Of a DNA stretch of 64,000 nucleotides, positions 39,858-50,716 are shown piece after piece (the first letter of the stretch is position 1; every line of letters starts with the position of its first letter). This DNA comes from Candidatus Altimarinota bacterium (GTDB lineage Bacteria > Patescibacteriota > Gracilibacteria > UBA1369 > GCA-2718715). The stretch spans positions 800,001 through 864,000 of the forward strand of contig JBESAV010000001.1 of the NCBI GenBank assembly GCA_041242255.1, in the 5' to 3' direction. Below the pieces are notes generated by a model. The model was not told the DNA's origin. It saw only the letters and a list, made by a program, of their open reading frames with translations, and ran no database searches. Made by a program: the position numbers and the translations under genes.

Positions 39858-40436
39858 CTACTGCCCTCTAAAATAATAACAAGCTTTTAAGCATTCACGA
39901 GCTTTATCGTGATTAGGTTCTATCTCTAAAATTTTATTAAAAACCTTTTCAGCATCTAAAAATTTTCTTTCATTCAAATAACATACTCCAAGATCACATA
40001 AGATAAAAATATCATCAGGTGACATCATTGTAGCTCTCTTCAAAAGCACAATTCCTCTTTCTTTTTCACCATAGTGGTAAACAGACCAACCTAGACACCT
40101 AAGTATCTCAGGATGATTTGGCTCCATACTATCTGCAATCTCAAGCTCATAAATAGATTCTTTCCATTCATTCACACTAGAATAAGCAAAACCAAGCAAA
40201 TAATGAGCATTGGCACTTTTAGGATTAACTCTCTTTGCTTGCTTCAATGCCTTTATTGCATTTGGAAACTGCCTAAGACTCAAGTAGTTATCTCCTATTT
40301 CCTCTAAAGCTTCATTACAATCAAGATCATCACATAAGATATCCTCACAAATTGATATAGCTTCGTGATGCAAACCCATCAATTTCTTCTCATCTGCCTC
40401 TTTTAATGCGTGACAGTAAGGTGAATTTTCAAACAT
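39858..40436 (-). CDS. Tetratricopeptide repeat protein
   Basis: Repeated A..LG..Y....A...NP units (AHYLLGFAYS, ILCDLGVCYL). Confidence 0.88.
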   Translation of the reverse strand: MFENSPYCHALKEADEKKLMGLHHEAISICEDILCDDLDCNEALEEIGDNYLSLRQFPNAIKALKQAKRVNPKSANAHYLLGFAYSSVNEWKESIYELEIADSMEPNHPEILRCLGWSVYHYGEKERGIVLLKRATMMSPDDIFILCDLGVCYLNERKFLDAEKVFNKILEIEPNHDKARECLKACYYFRGQ

Positions 40437-40611
40437 ATTTCTTTTTACAAATCTAATTATTATAGCAAAATATGATTAAAAACTCTACTCCAACAAATTA
40501 ACTTACTACAAAATACAAAACCTTATAAATAAGGGCGCTATCGAGCCAAAGAAGAATTCTTAAAAGACAAATTACAATTATAGCAAGTCTGCTTTAAGCA
40601 CAAAACACATA

Positions 40612-41502
40612 CTAAAGCTTACCTTTCAGATATTCCATAAACTCATCTTTCAAATCATCCCTACTTAATGCCACTTCAACAGAGGCCTTCAACATTCCTA
40701 TCTTAGAACCGGTATCAAATCTTTTCCCATCAACTATTTTTGCCTTAATTGAAAGATTATCATCCAAAGCCAAACCAAATGCATCCGCCAAACGTATCTC
40801 TCCGTCTATTTCATCTTCCTTAAATTTATCCTGAACTCTTTCTAGCATATTCATTACATCTGGAGTCACAACATACTTACCTATCACTCCATAATTTGAT
40901 GGGGCTTCAGACAAAGACAATGGCTTCTCCACAAAACCATCAATTCTAGCAGAATTACTGTCACCAAATTCACCCTCTAAACTAACTACACCATACTTAG
41001 AAAGATCCTCGTCTGGAACCTCGGTCACAGCGATAACACTATCACCTGACCTCTCATACTCATCTATAAGCTGACTTAAAGCTGGTCTATCACCAAACAC
41101 TAAATCATCTCCAAACATCACTGCACAAGGCTCATCTCTAACCAACTCTAAAGCCTGCAAAATAGCATGCCCATCTCCCATAGGAATTGGCTGACGAACG
41201 TATACAAATCTAGCAAGGTTAGGTATATCCAAAACCTCCTTAAGTAAATCATGCTTCCCTCTCTCTACCAAGGTATGCTCCAACTCAAAAGATTTATCAA
41301 AGTAATCCTCAATAGCTCTTTTTCCTCTACCAGTCACCAAAATAATCTCTTCAATACCAGAAGCTACAGCCTCCTCAACCAAATAATGTATAACTGGCTT
41401 ATCAACAACTGGTAACATCTCTTTTGGTTGTGTCTTAGTCACAGGCAAAAATCTTGTCCCAAAACCAGCCACAGGAAATATCGCTTTTCTTACTTTCTTC
41501 AT
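40612..41502 (-). CDS. galU: UTP-glucose-1-phosphate uridylyltransferase
   Basis: KAIFPVAGFGTRFLPVTK..PKEMLPVVDKP, GEIRLAD, RFDTG. Confidence 0.93.
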   Translation of the reverse strand: MKKVRKAIFPVAGFGTRFLPVTKTQPKEMLPVVDKPVIHYLVEEAVASGIEEIILVTGRGKRAIEDYFDKSFELEHTLVERGKHDLLKEVLDIPNLARFVYVRQPIPMGDGHAILQALELVRDEPCAVMFGDDLVFGDRPALSQLIDEYERSGDSVIAVTEVPDEDLSKYGVVSLEGEFGDSNSARIDGFVEKPLSLSEAPSNYGVIGKYVVTPDVMNMLERVQDKFKEDEIDGEIRLADAFGLALDDNLSIKAKIVDGKRFDTGSKIGMLKASVEVALSRDDLKDEFMEYLKGKL

Positions 41503-41505
41503 ATA

Positions 41506-41922
41506 CTAAATTACAATCTTTTTAACTTTCTTCTTTTTCAACTTTGGGATAGTAATCATCAAAATCCCATTACTAATCTCTGCTTCAATCCCATCTAAAT
41601 CTAAGCCTTCAGGAAGTACAACAGCTCTCCTAACTTCTCCCCAGTAACACTCCTTAACCATGAAATCTGCTGTCAAAAGATCCTTCCCTATAGATCTGCG
41701 TGCCACAATACTTAAAACCTCATCCTGGAGCTTAAGTTTTAAATCATCTTCACTTACCCCAGGCATAGGAGCCAAAAGCACTAAACTACTCTCATCCTGG
41801 TAGACATCAATTGAAAGATGACCAATCTTCGTAATATCTTTACTTTTATCAGATTCAGAGGTAACAGAGCTCAAACCCTGCCCAATCTCAACATCACCAA
41901 TCTTGTTTTCCCAAAAATTCAT
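41506..41922 (-). CDS. Hsp20/alpha-crystallin small heat shock protein
   Basis: IDVYQD..PGV, ECYWGEVRRAVVLP, AEISNGILMITIPK. Confidence 0.88.
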   Translation of the reverse strand: MNFWENKIGDVEIGQGLSSVTSESDKSKDITKIGHLSIDVYQDESSLVLLAPMPGVSEDDLKLKLQDEVLSIVARRSIGKDLLTADFMVKECYWGEVRRAVVLPEGLDLDGIEAEISNGILMITIPKLKKKKVKKIVI

Positions 41923-41927
41923 AATAA

Positions 41928-43769
41928 TTAATTAGGTAACGGAGCTTCTACACCTGCCTTCTCAAAGTATTCCAAAAATTCTGACCTAGAAAGATCCTCT
42001 TTCTTCAATAAGTCCTCAGAAATTTCAACCATCAGATCTTTATACTCAGTCACAATTTTCTTAGCTCTCAGATAAGCTTTATTCAAAATTTCATTAACTA
42101 AGAAATCAATCTTTTCAGCCATAGCTTCAGAATAATTCTTAGTATGAGCCATATCTTTTCCAAGGAAAACCTCATGCTTCTTCTCTCCAAAAGTAACTGG
42201 CCCAAGTTCACTCATTCCAAATTCAGTCACCATTCTCTTAGCAATACTTGTAGCTCTTTCTAAATCATTTGAAGGACCAGTTGAAGTCTCTCCAAAGAAT
42301 ACTTCCTCAGCCACATAACCAGCCAACAATGATGATAGTTTATGCTCAAACTTCGTTCTAGAATACATATTCAAATCATCCTGTGGCAAAGACCAAGTCA
42401 CACCAAGAGCCATTCCTCTAGAAACAACTGAAACTTTATGCACAGGATCACATTCAGATAAAAGGTGCCCCACTAGAGCATGACCAACTTCATGATAAGC
42501 AGTTATTTTCTTTTCTTTTTCAGTCATAACTTTAGATTTTCTCTCTGGACCTAAAGCTACTTTCTCAACAGAAGACTCCAAAGCTTTTTGAGTAATACTT
42601 TTTCTATCTCTTTTTGCAGAATAAATTGCTGCTTCATTCATAATATTTTCCAAATCAGCACCAGTCATCCCAGGAGTCTGTTTAGCTACTGTCCTTAGAT
42701 CAACAGACTTAGCTAAAGGCTTATTATCTGCATGGACTTTAAGGATAGCTTCACGATCATCAATCCCAGGCTTATCAACAGTTACCTGTCGATCAAATCT
42801 CCCAGGTCTTAAAAGAGCTGGATCCAAAACATCCGGCCTATTAGTAGCAGCCATCACAATTACATTTGATCCTTGTTCAAACCCGTCCATCTCAGTCAAA
42901 ATCTGATTCAAAGTCTGCTCTCTCTCATCATGACCTCCACCAAGACCAGCACCACGTTTTCTACCCACAGCATCTATCTCATCTACAAAAACTATACATG
43001 GCGCATTTCTCTTAGCCTTCTTAAATAAATCTCTAACCCTACTCGCCCCAACACCAACAAACATCTCTACAAATTCAGAACCAGATATCGAGAAAAAAGG
43101 AACATTTGCTTCTCCAGCTACCGCCCTCGCTAAAAGAGTTTTACCAGTTCCAGGAGGACCAACCAAAAGAACACCTTTTGGGATCTTAGCTCCCATTTTC
43201 TGATACTTCTTAGGACTTTTCAAAAAATCAACTACCTCTTCTAACTCTTCCTTGGCCTCTAAAGCACCTGCCACATCTTTAAAAGTTGTCTTATCTTTAG
43301 TCTTATCATGCACACGAGCCTTGCTATTACCAAAAGATATCGCTTTATTATTTGCACCTTGGATACGACTTAAGAAGAACATTAGTAAAAATATCCCAAA
43401 TATCAAAGGTACAGCCATCTCAAGAACAATTCTCCAAAAATCATTAGGTGGACTAACCAAGACATTTAAACCTTCAAGAGCCTCCTTATCCAAAATATCA
43501 GAGACCAGAGCTGTATTTTCTTTATAAGCATAACGCCTTTCATTTTCAGAAACAGCATATTGAATTCGATTTTCGTAAACTGTAATCTGATCCTCATAAA
43601 CATCACCCGACCTCACATCTTCTTGAAACTCTGAAATACTCACCTCAATTGGCGGATTCAAAATCTCATTAGAGTTAGCCAAAAACCAGGTAGCTCCAAT
43701 AACTATTAAAAATAGTATCAAAAAACTGTTTGGCCTTTTCTTTTTAGATAATTTTTTAATTCTAATCAT
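41928..43769 (-). CDS. ftsH: ATP-dependent zinc metalloprotease FtsH
   Basis: [29 protein letters not shown]. Confidence 0.97.
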   Translation of the reverse strand: MIRIKKLSKKKRPNSFLILFLIVIGATWFLANSNEILNPPIEVSISEFQEDVRSGDVYEDQITVYENRIQYAVSENERRYAYKENTALVSDILDKEALEGLNVLVSPPNDFWRIVLEMAVPLIFGIFLLMFFLSRIQGANNKAISFGNSKARVHDKTKDKTTFKDVAGALEAKEELEEVVDFLKSPKKYQKMGAKIPKGVLLVGPPGTGKTLLARAVAGEANVPFFSISGSEFVEMFVGVGASRVRDLFKKAKRNAPCIVFVDEIDAVGRKRGAGLGGGHDEREQTLNQILTEMDGFEQGSNVIVMAATNRPDVLDPALLRPGRFDRQVTVDKPGIDDREAILKVHADNKPLAKSVDLRTVAKQTPGMTGADLENIMNEAAIYSAKRDRKSITQKALESSVEKVALGPERKSKVMTEKEKKITAYHEVGHALVGHLLSECDPVHKVSVVSRGMALGVTWSLPQDDLNMYSRTKFEHKLSSLLAGYVAEEVFFGETSTGPSNDLERATSIAKRMVTEFGMSELGPVTFGEKKHEVFLGKDMAHTKNYSEAMAEKIDFLVNEILNKAYLRAKKIVTEYKDLMVEISEDLLKKEDLSRSEFLEYFEKAGVEAPLPN

Positions 43770-43887
43770 ATGTCAAAAAGTCATTAATTTCATTCTTCAT
43801 GAGGATATATTATCTTTCGTTTTTTATAAAGTCAGAAATAACTATTTAAATTTTAGTTAAGACCCATTAGTATTCTTCAAATAACTA

Positions 43888-44994
43888 TTGGATTTGAACA
43901 CTTACTTACAAAAACTTTTCACAGAAAATGCTTTCTTTAAGAAAGGTCAAAAACCATCCCTTAAGACTGTTAGTTTCTACTTAAAACAACTCAACAATCC
44001 AGACATCACACCACAAACCAGAGTCGTCATATCAGGCACAGCACTCAAAGGAACAACCTGTTACCTCATAGAAAAAATCCTTCTAAATCACAATCTTACT
44101 ACTACCCTTATTACATCACCTCACTTACATGACCACAAAGAAAGAATCCGCGTTAACGGAAAAAACATCTCTCAGTTAGAGCTAGACCAGCACCTTCAAG
44201 ATATACAAAAAGTTGATAACAAATCAAAACATTCACCTAGCTTTTACGAAGCAATGGTTCTCTCAGGAATACTTGCAGCGGACCATAATAACTCAGATGT
44301 TTTAATTCTAGAAGTTGGACTAGGAGGTAAATACGATGCAGTTAATGCTGTTAAAGGATCACGCATATCAGGTCTAACCTTCATCGGAAACGACCACGCT
44401 GAAATCATTGGACCAAACCTTGAAGACATTGCCCGAGAAAAAGCAGGCATCTTCACTGATGAATCTATCCACTCATTTACATGTGAGCAAACCTACTTCA
44501 AGACTATTCAAGAACAAACATCTAAAAAGATTACCAAACTTCCACAAGAAAACATCCCACAAATTCTTGCCAAAAACATATGCCAAAAAATTTTAAACAA
44601 AGAAAATATTCAAGTTCCCTCAATTCAATTACCTGCACGTTGGGAAAAAATACAAAACTTTATACTCGATGGAGCCCACTCCGAACCTAGATTCAAAAGC
44701 TTAGTACCAAAACTCAAAAAGCTACCTCAAAAACCAAATGCCCTAATCGGAATGACCAAAAACCACGACCCACAACAAATCAAAATCATCCTTCCATATC
44801 TAGACCAAGTAACTTGGGTGCCGATCAAGACTAAAGAATCATGGCAACCAAACCACCTCCAAGAAATACACAAAACCGGAACCACTTCAAAAGACATAAA
44901 CGAATCAATGCTTAAAACTAAGGATAATATAACCCTTATCACAGGAAGCTTTTACCTATGCGCCGAAGCCAGAAAAAACCTTCTAAATCTATAA
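43888..44994 (+). CDS. folC: FolC-like folylpolyglutamate synthase / Mur ligase family protein
   Basis: TSPHL..ERI, EVGLGGKYDAVN, DH..IAREKAGI, ILDGAH, TGSFY; atypical P-loop GTALKGT. Confidence 0.78.
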   Translation: MDLNTYLQKLFTENAFFKKGQKPSLKTVSFYLKQLNNPDITPQTRVVISGTALKGTTCYLIEKILLNHNLTTTLITSPHLHDHKERIRVNGKNISQLELDQHLQDIQKVDNKSKHSPSFYEAMVLSGILAADHNNSDVLILEVGLGGKYDAVNAVKGSRISGLTFIGNDHAEIIGPNLEDIAREKAGIFTDESIHSFTCEQTYFKTIQEQTSKKITKLPQENIPQILAKNICQKILNKENIQVPSIQLPARWEKIQNFILDGAHSEPRFKSLVPKLKKLPQKPNALIGMTKNHDPQQIKIILPYLDQVTWVPIKTKESWQPNHLQEIHKTGTTSKDINESMLKTKDNITLITGSFYLCAEARKNLLNL

Positions 44995-46212
44995 AACCCA
45001 ACATTTTTCAACCAACCCACTCTCATTCAACAAAACTGGAACACCTTTACGGAAAAACCAAGCCACATTTTGCTGCTTCAAGAAATCTTTCAATGGCACT
45101 TCCTTACTCCCATGTTTTGGACCATATTCAACCATCACCTTCATCCCATCTTCAAAACTAACCAAAGAGTCCTTAATATTATCAACCTCCGATTTAAATT
45201 CCTGAATACATTTATTCCAATACCATTCACTTAGTTCCTCCAAATCCATTCTTGAAATCAACAGTTTCTTCTCAAAAATGTAAACATTAAAATCCCCTAC
45301 TTTCTTCATTTTACCAGACTGCGATCTTTCAATCATATCATCTATATCTGCAAAGTTAGCTCGACTCATTTTCAAATCTTTCCTTTGCATAGTCAATTTT
45401 TGCAAAACCATAAATCTCATAAAACCAGGCAGAGACTTAAAATCTTTCACTTCAATCTCCCACCCATAATCTTTCAATACGCAATAACCCTCAGCCCACT
45501 TATCAACTCTCTCTAAAAGATACTCTTCAAGCTCTCTATAGAAGTAACCCATCTCAGAAATCCTTTCAGCAAAACCACTAAACCTTTCATCCAATCTAGG
45601 GAAAATATCTTTCCTTAAAAAATTTCTATCATAACTCAAATCATCATTTGTCGAATCCAAAACAAAACTAATCCCTCGAACTTTTGAATAATTTTGCAAA
45701 TCACTCTTAGAAGCAAACAACATCGGCCGTATCAACTTCCGGTCTAAATCCATAAAATCAATCCCCGACATTCCACTCACGAAAGCCCCTTTCATAGTCG
45801 ACATAAAAATAGTTTCTGCCTGATCATCAATATGGTGCGCAGTAACAATCCAATTACAACTGTAATCCCGCCTAACTTTCTCTAAAAAGTTATAACGAAT
45901 CTGCCTAGCATTCGCCTCTATATTTCCAGGAAATTTCTTAACATCTATACTTTCATTCACAAACTTGATCTGATTTTGAATACAATATCTTTTAATAACC
46001 TCTAAATCACCTTTCGAATCCTCCCTAATCATATGATCTAAATGAGCTACAACCAAGTTATCAGGATCAAACTCTTTCTTAAACAAATCCAACATAACCA
46101 TCGAATCAACTCCACCAGATACAGCCAATACAAATTTAGAAGCATATAACTCTTCCAAATCATCAAACTTACCCCTTAAATACTGATTGAATTTCAACTG
46201 CAAATCCTCCAA
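44989..46212 (-). CDS. tilS: tRNA(Ile)-lysidine synthetase
   Basis: AVSGGVDSM, ARQIRY, TAHHIDDQAET, IRPML, DSTN..YDRNFLR. Confidence 0.93.
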   Translation of the reverse strand: MEDLQLKFNQYLRGKFDDLEELYASKFVLAVSGGVDSMVMLDLFKKEFDPDNLVVAHLDHMIREDSKGDLEVIKRYCIQNQIKFVNESIDVKKFPGNIEANARQIRYNFLEKVRRDYSCNWIVTAHHIDDQAETIFMSTMKGAFVSGMSGIDFMDLDRKLIRPMLFASKSDLQNYSKVRGISFVLDSTNDDLSYDRNFLRKDIFPRLDERFSGFAERISEMGYFYRELEEYLLERVDKWAEGYCVLKDYGWEIEVKDFKSLPGFMRFMVLQKLTMQRKDLKMSRANFADIDDMIERSQSGKMKKVGDFNVYIFEKKLLISRMDLEELSEWYWNKCIQEFKSEVDNIKDSLVSFEDGMKVMVEYGPKHGSKEVPLKDFLKQQNVAWFFRKGVPVLLNESGLVEKCWVL

Positions 46213-46227
46213 ATCAAAAAGTTAAAT

Positions 46228-46557
46228 CTATATATTTCTCTTCCGTGCCTCAGCCGAAATCTTAGAAACCAACTCCATATCATCATCCGAAACAACCATA
46301 TTTCGAGTTTCTAGACCACACTTTACACACTCAAAAATCAAAACCCAACCTTTTTTCTTATTATAATCCACATCAACAGGCCTCAACATCCCACCACAAT
46401 CAGATAACCTATCCCCTGGCACTTCATCATCCAAATGCTTACTCCAAAGACAAAATCTACAATGATTTCGAATCTCAGGCCTATTCGGAGTATTCAACTC
46501 TCCACAATTCTCACAAACAAACTCCTCGTTCTTATAAATAAAGTTCTTCTTTTTCAT
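46228..46557 (-). CDS. RNHCP-domain protein
   Basis: FVCENCG, RNHCRFCLWSKH, PGDR..CGG, CVKCG. Confidence 0.85.
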   Translation of the reverse strand: MKKKNFIYKNEEFVCENCGELNTPNRPEIRNHCRFCLWSKHLDDEVPGDRLSDCGGMLRPVDVDYNKKKGWVLIFECVKCGLETRNMVVSDDDMELVSKISAEARKRNI

Positions 46558-46627
46558 ATCACTGATTAAGCACTTACATTAATGCACTAAATATGGTAAT
46601 ATATAAAGATTAAATTAATGTAAAAAT

Positions 46628-47332
46628 ATGTTTGAACCAGACATCAACTTAGGTCAAACTCCTCAGCCACAAACCCAGCCGACTCCAAAACCAGCTCAGG
46701 AATCAATCCTAGATGACAACCAGCCTGATCTTAAGACAGCACCTAAAAAAGCTAAACTTAGCCCACTAAGCGTACTTCTGATCATTCTAACACTTGCTAT
46801 TTCAGCAGTAGGAATCTACTTCCAACTTGAAATAAATGCACTAAACCAAGACATAGAAGCAACCCAAACCGCAATCGAAGCTCAAGCCCAAAACATAATC
46901 ACTGAAGACAACCAAGAAGTAACCCTAAGCACCAAAAAAGTTTTCTTAGATCTAAAAACATCTGAAAGAACTTTCTTCAAAAATGTCATCCAAGACCTAA
47001 ACCAAGACATTATAAACAACTCAGACTTCAGAGCTCAAAGTTACACTATCACACCCCTAGGACAAATAAGTCTGAATATCTCAAGTACACCTCTCAATCT
47101 AAACCCACTCAACGAAGCCGCAAGATTGATCGAAAATCTAGAGCAAAGAAACTATTTCCAAAATGTTTTCATACCTGGAATTACTCAGTCCCTAACAGAA
47201 ACAGGTCTAGAGCAAATCCAGTTCAACCTACAACTATCGCACCAAGACAGCACCATTGCTGACTCAACTGATATAGACACATCAGATGAAAACGATGAAG
47301 AAACAAATCGACCTTCACCAATCCTTAACTAA
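46628..47332 (+). CDS. PilN-like pilus alignment protein
   Basis: One TM, coiled coil, LIENLEQRNYFQNVFI; precedes PilO-like and PilC genes. Confidence 0.6.
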   Translation: MFEPDINLGQTPQPQTQPTPKPAQESILDDNQPDLKTAPKKAKLSPLSVLLIILTLAISAVGIYFQLEINALNQDIEATQTAIEAQAQNIITEDNQEVTLSTKKVFLDLKTSERTFFKNVIQDLNQDIINNSDFRAQSYTITPLGQISLNISSTPLNLNPLNEAARLIENLEQRNYFQNVFIPGITQSLTETGLEQIQFNLQLSHQDSTIADSTDIDTSDENDEETNRPSPILN

Positions 47333-47337
47333 AACCT

Positions 47338-47865
47338 ATGAATAAAAAAAGAACTATCACAACCCCACTCCTAATTATTCTTCTTATAGTTATTGGATTT
47401 ATGTGGGTTAGACCAAAATACGAAGAATACCAAAACAAACAAGTCACCCTAGAATCTTTAGAACAAGAACTAGCCGAAACCAACTCCCAAGTTAATCTAG
47501 ACGACACAACCATCGATCTAGACATTACTGCAGCAGACAGAGAACTTTTAGAAAATGCTATTCCTCAAGGATTTGATCAAGACTTCTTAATCGAAACCAT
47601 CCAAGAGATAGCCGAGGAAAATCAAGTTAACAACCTCACAAACATAAGTTTCCAAAGAAGCACAGCTGAAACATCGCAACAAATCAAGGCAATCCAAATC
47701 ACAATTAACGCCGAGACAAACTACAACAACCTTCAAGACTTCATGGAACAACTTGAAAATCACCCAAGGTACTTCAACGTTAAGTCTTTCAGCACAAACC
47801 TAAACACAATTGAAGACACGACGCGAGCTACCTTCAGCATACAATTAGAAAGTTACTACAGTTAA
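47338..47865 (+). CDS. pilO: PilO-like pilus alignment protein
   Basis: TM plus coiled coil, AIP, YNNLQDFMEQLENHPRYFNV. Confidence 0.75.
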   Translation: MNKKRTITTPLLIILLIVIGFMWVRPKYEEYQNKQVTLESLEQELAETNSQVNLDDTTIDLDITAADRELLENAIPQGFDQDFLIETIQEIAEENQVNNLTNISFQRSTAETSQQIKAIQITINAETNYNNLQDFMEQLENHPRYFNVKSFSTNLNTIEDTTRATFSIQLESYYS

Positions 47866-47866
47866 T

Positions 47867-49048
47867 ATGTCATCAACAAAAAAATTAAATTCCATCAACG
47901 AACTAAGTCAAAAAAACATCTCCCCAGATGAAGACTTTATATATGGAATCAACGAAACCCTACCTCCTGGTATCGAAGGTAAAATCCATGACTACGTTAC
48001 CGAAACCAAAAAGGTAACTCTCAAAGATAAAGCTTTTTTCTACAACCTGTTTGCTACCCTTATCAATGCAGGTATCACAACCCTCGAGTCTCTTACGATC
48101 CTCAAAAAAAAAACAACCAATCCAAAGTTAAAAAGAATCCTAAATACAATCAGACATGACGTAGAACAGGGATTCCCCCTTTCCAAAGCCATGTCTAAAT
48201 TCCCAGACACATTCAAAAACTACGAAACAGGTGTGATCCAATCTGGTGAAAACATAGGTTCACTTGATCAAATGCTCCAAAAACTAGCCGAACAAACCGA
48301 AAATAACCAAAAACTAAAACAAGAACTCAAAGGAGCCCTAACCTACCCAACCGTAGTATTTGGAATCCTAATACTAACATCCTTCGTAATGTTTGGTGTA
48401 GTAGTACCAAGACTTGTTAGCCTTTTTGAAGAAAACAACATAGACCTCCCAGCACTAACCGAAGGAGTCCTAGTAATATCCAGAATATTCCAAAACTACT
48501 GGCCAGTCCTTTTAGTAGCTCTAGCGCTAGGAGCTCTAGTATTCCAAGCCTACAACCAAACTGAAGACGGAAAATTCAATATTGATTTATACAAACTCCG
48601 CATCCCCTACTTCGGAAACATCTTACAAAAGTATCAACTTATTAACTTTTTCAGTACTTTAGGTTTACTTCTGGAAGCAGGTACACCCATCCAGCAAGCC
48701 ATGAATATCTTAACTAGAGTTTTAGACAATCAAGTCTACAAGCTCAAAGCATTTGAAATAAAAGCTCGCCTCCAACAAGGTGAAAAATTAGCCACTATCA
48801 TGGAAGATACTCCATTCCTCTACCCTGACACTGCCTGCAAAATGATAGAAATTGGTGAAAAATCAGCCACTACTGATAAAATGTGCCTAAAAATAAGCCA
48901 ACAATACCTACAAGAAATCCAATATTCACTCAAAAACCTTACTACAGTCCTGGGACCAATCGTAATTGTGATCGTTGGTATTTTCGTAGCCATCTTCGGA
49001 CTAGCTATTCTTAGCCCAGTATTCCAGTTAAGCCAAGGAGTAATTTAA
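47867..49048 (+). CDS. pilC: Type IV pilus platform protein PilC (GspF family)
   Basis: ATLINAGI, GFPLSKAM, GENIGSL, ALTYP, LLEAGTPI, IGEKS. Confidence 0.9.
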   Translation: MSSTKKLNSINELSQKNISPDEDFIYGINETLPPGIEGKIHDYVTETKKVTLKDKAFFYNLFATLINAGITTLESLTILKKKTTNPKLKRILNTIRHDVEQGFPLSKAMSKFPDTFKNYETGVIQSGENIGSLDQMLQKLAEQTENNQKLKQELKGALTYPTVVFGILILTSFVMFGVVVPRLVSLFEENNIDLPALTEGVLVISRIFQNYWPVLLVALALGALVFQAYNQTEDGKFNIDLYKLRIPYFGNILQKYQLINFFSTLGLLLEAGTPIQQAMNILTRVLDNQVYKLKAFEIKARLQQGEKLATIMEDTPFLYPDTACKMIEIGEKSATTDKMCLKISQQYLQEIQYSLKNLTTVLGPIVIVIVGIFVAIFGLAILSPVFQLSQGVI

Positions 49049-49050
49049 AA

Positions 49051-49563
49051 ATGAAAACAAAAAAAGCCTTCACCCTCATCGAACTACTAATAGTAATTTC
49101 CATCATCGGAATACTTTCAACTTTAGCTGTAAGTAACTATTCTAGGATAAGATCATCGATCGAAAATCAATTCACAGTTGATACCCTAGTTCAAGAAATA
49201 AGAAGGCAATCAAAGCTCGCCGAAAATCACCAAAACCAAAGCTGTTACCACATTTACTTTGATATTGAAGAAAACATAATTCAAAAATTCCAAACCAGCT
49301 TTGACGCCCGCCAAAGACTTTGCTCTACTAGAGATGCAGAATCGACAAATATACTTGAGGACTCTGAGCTAATAATCTCAGAAATTACATTAGATAATAA
49401 TCCTCAAGAAACATATGAAATCATATTCACCCCCCCATTAGGAAACCCCATAAATACAAACAATAACCTTCAAGCAAAAATATCTCTCCAACCCGAAGAC
49501 CAACCAGAAAACAAAAAAACAATTCTAATTAATCTCCAAAATGGCTCTATTCAAGAACAATAA
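49051..49563 (+). CDS. Type IV minor pilin (FimT/GspH-like)
   Basis: KKA-FTLIELLIVISIIGIL prepilin motif. Confidence 0.85.
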   Translation: MKTKKAFTLIELLIVISIIGILSTLAVSNYSRIRSSIENQFTVDTLVQEIRRQSKLAENHQNQSCYHIYFDIEENIIQKFQTSFDARQRLCSTRDAESTNILEDSELIISEITLDNNPQETYEIIFTPPLGNPINTNNNLQAKISLQPEDQPENKKTILINLQNGSIQEQ

Positions 49564-50197
49564 ACCAGCCTTCTCACTCATAGAAGTATTGATCAGTTTC
49601 ACTATTCTTACAATAAGCCTTATTGCTATTACACAGTTGATCACAACTACCATACAAGCTAACCGAGAAAACACCAGTCGCCTCCAAGCATATTACCTTG
49701 CACAACAAGGACTAGAGCTTAGCCGTCACATAAGAGATAGTAACTGGCTACAAAACATCGGTTTTGACTCAAGTGGGCCACAAAACACCCTATGGCAATC
49801 CAACAATGGAAGCACGGGAAACCTAACGCCTTTAAACCAAAGCCTCATCCTAAACATCCAAGAAAGCACACTTGGTAGCACTCAAAAAAATGTCTCAATT
49901 TCTGAAGCCAACCAATCTAATTCAAATATTTACCTCAATCAAAATCCTCAAACAGGCTTAAAATACTTCTCTCATACCAGAGATACAACATCCATACCTA
50001 CCGAATTCCGCAGAACAATTCAGATCAAAACAGACTTCCAAGATTACCAAAAACTAGAAAACCACCTAGATATTGATGATTTCGAATTATCTGAAAATCT
50101 TATTTTAGTTGAAAGTAAAGTCCAATACGGATCCAATTACAACAGAGAAATCACTCTCCAAACCATCCTAACAGACTGGAAAGAAGGACCATTCTAA
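49541..50197 (+). CDS. Type IV minor pilin (PilV-like)
   Basis: PA-FSLIEVLI, AYYLAQQGLE..R.IRD. Confidence 0.82.
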   Translation: MALFKNNKPAFSLIEVLISFTILTISLIAITQLITTTIQANRENTSRLQAYYLAQQGLELSRHIRDSNWLQNIGFDSSGPQNTLWQSNNGSTGNLTPLNQSLILNIQESTLGSTQKNVSISEANQSNSNIYLNQNPQTGLKYFSHTRDTTSIPTEFRRTIQIKTDFQDYQKLENHLDIDDFELSENLILVESKVQYGSNYNREITLQTILTDWKEGPF

Positions 50198-50199
50198 AA

Positions 50200-50598
50200 C
50201 TACTTCAAAACCTTCACCTGCCTAATAGCCAACTTGATTTTTCTTAAAGTTGGCATTTCACCATACCACCCCAGTTTAGTAGCAAGTAAACTACGAACTT
50301 CTTGATCCCAAAAATCTTTCAACGAACAATAAGCCAAATACTTAAGACGTATATCCATATCAGGAGAATTTGAAAACAAACAAATCGACATAACCCCTTC
50401 GTATCTTCTTTCAAAATCTTTTAAAACCTTAAACTCAGGCTTAGAAAGGTAATACTTACATTCAACCTTCTCAAACCTCCTCCTAACACTAGCAATTATA
50501 GAACTTAGCGACCTCCTGGGCCCCTCTTCTGAATCCTCCTTATCCAAACAACTCTCAACCGAATCCTCTCCAGACATATATTCTACTCCAGATGACAT
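50200..50598 (-). CDS. Hypothetical protein inserted antisense within the pilin cluster
   Basis: 132-aa ORF; upstream TTGATT-17-TAGAAT at 50648-50620. Confidence 0.55.
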   Translation of the reverse strand: MSSGVEYMSGEDSVESCLDKEDSEEGPRRSLSSIIASVRRRFEKVECKYYLSKPEFKVLKDFERRYEGVMSICLFSNSPDMDIRLKYLAYCSLKDFWDQEVRSLLATKLGWYGEMPTLRKIKLAIRQVKVLK

Positions 50599-50716
50599 TT
50601 TCTAAAATTATTTTATAAAATTCTACACTCTAACTATACATAAATCAATACTACCGCTTAAATTATTACCTAAAAAATGCTATAATTATAAGAGTTAAAC
50701 AACTATAAAATTCTCT

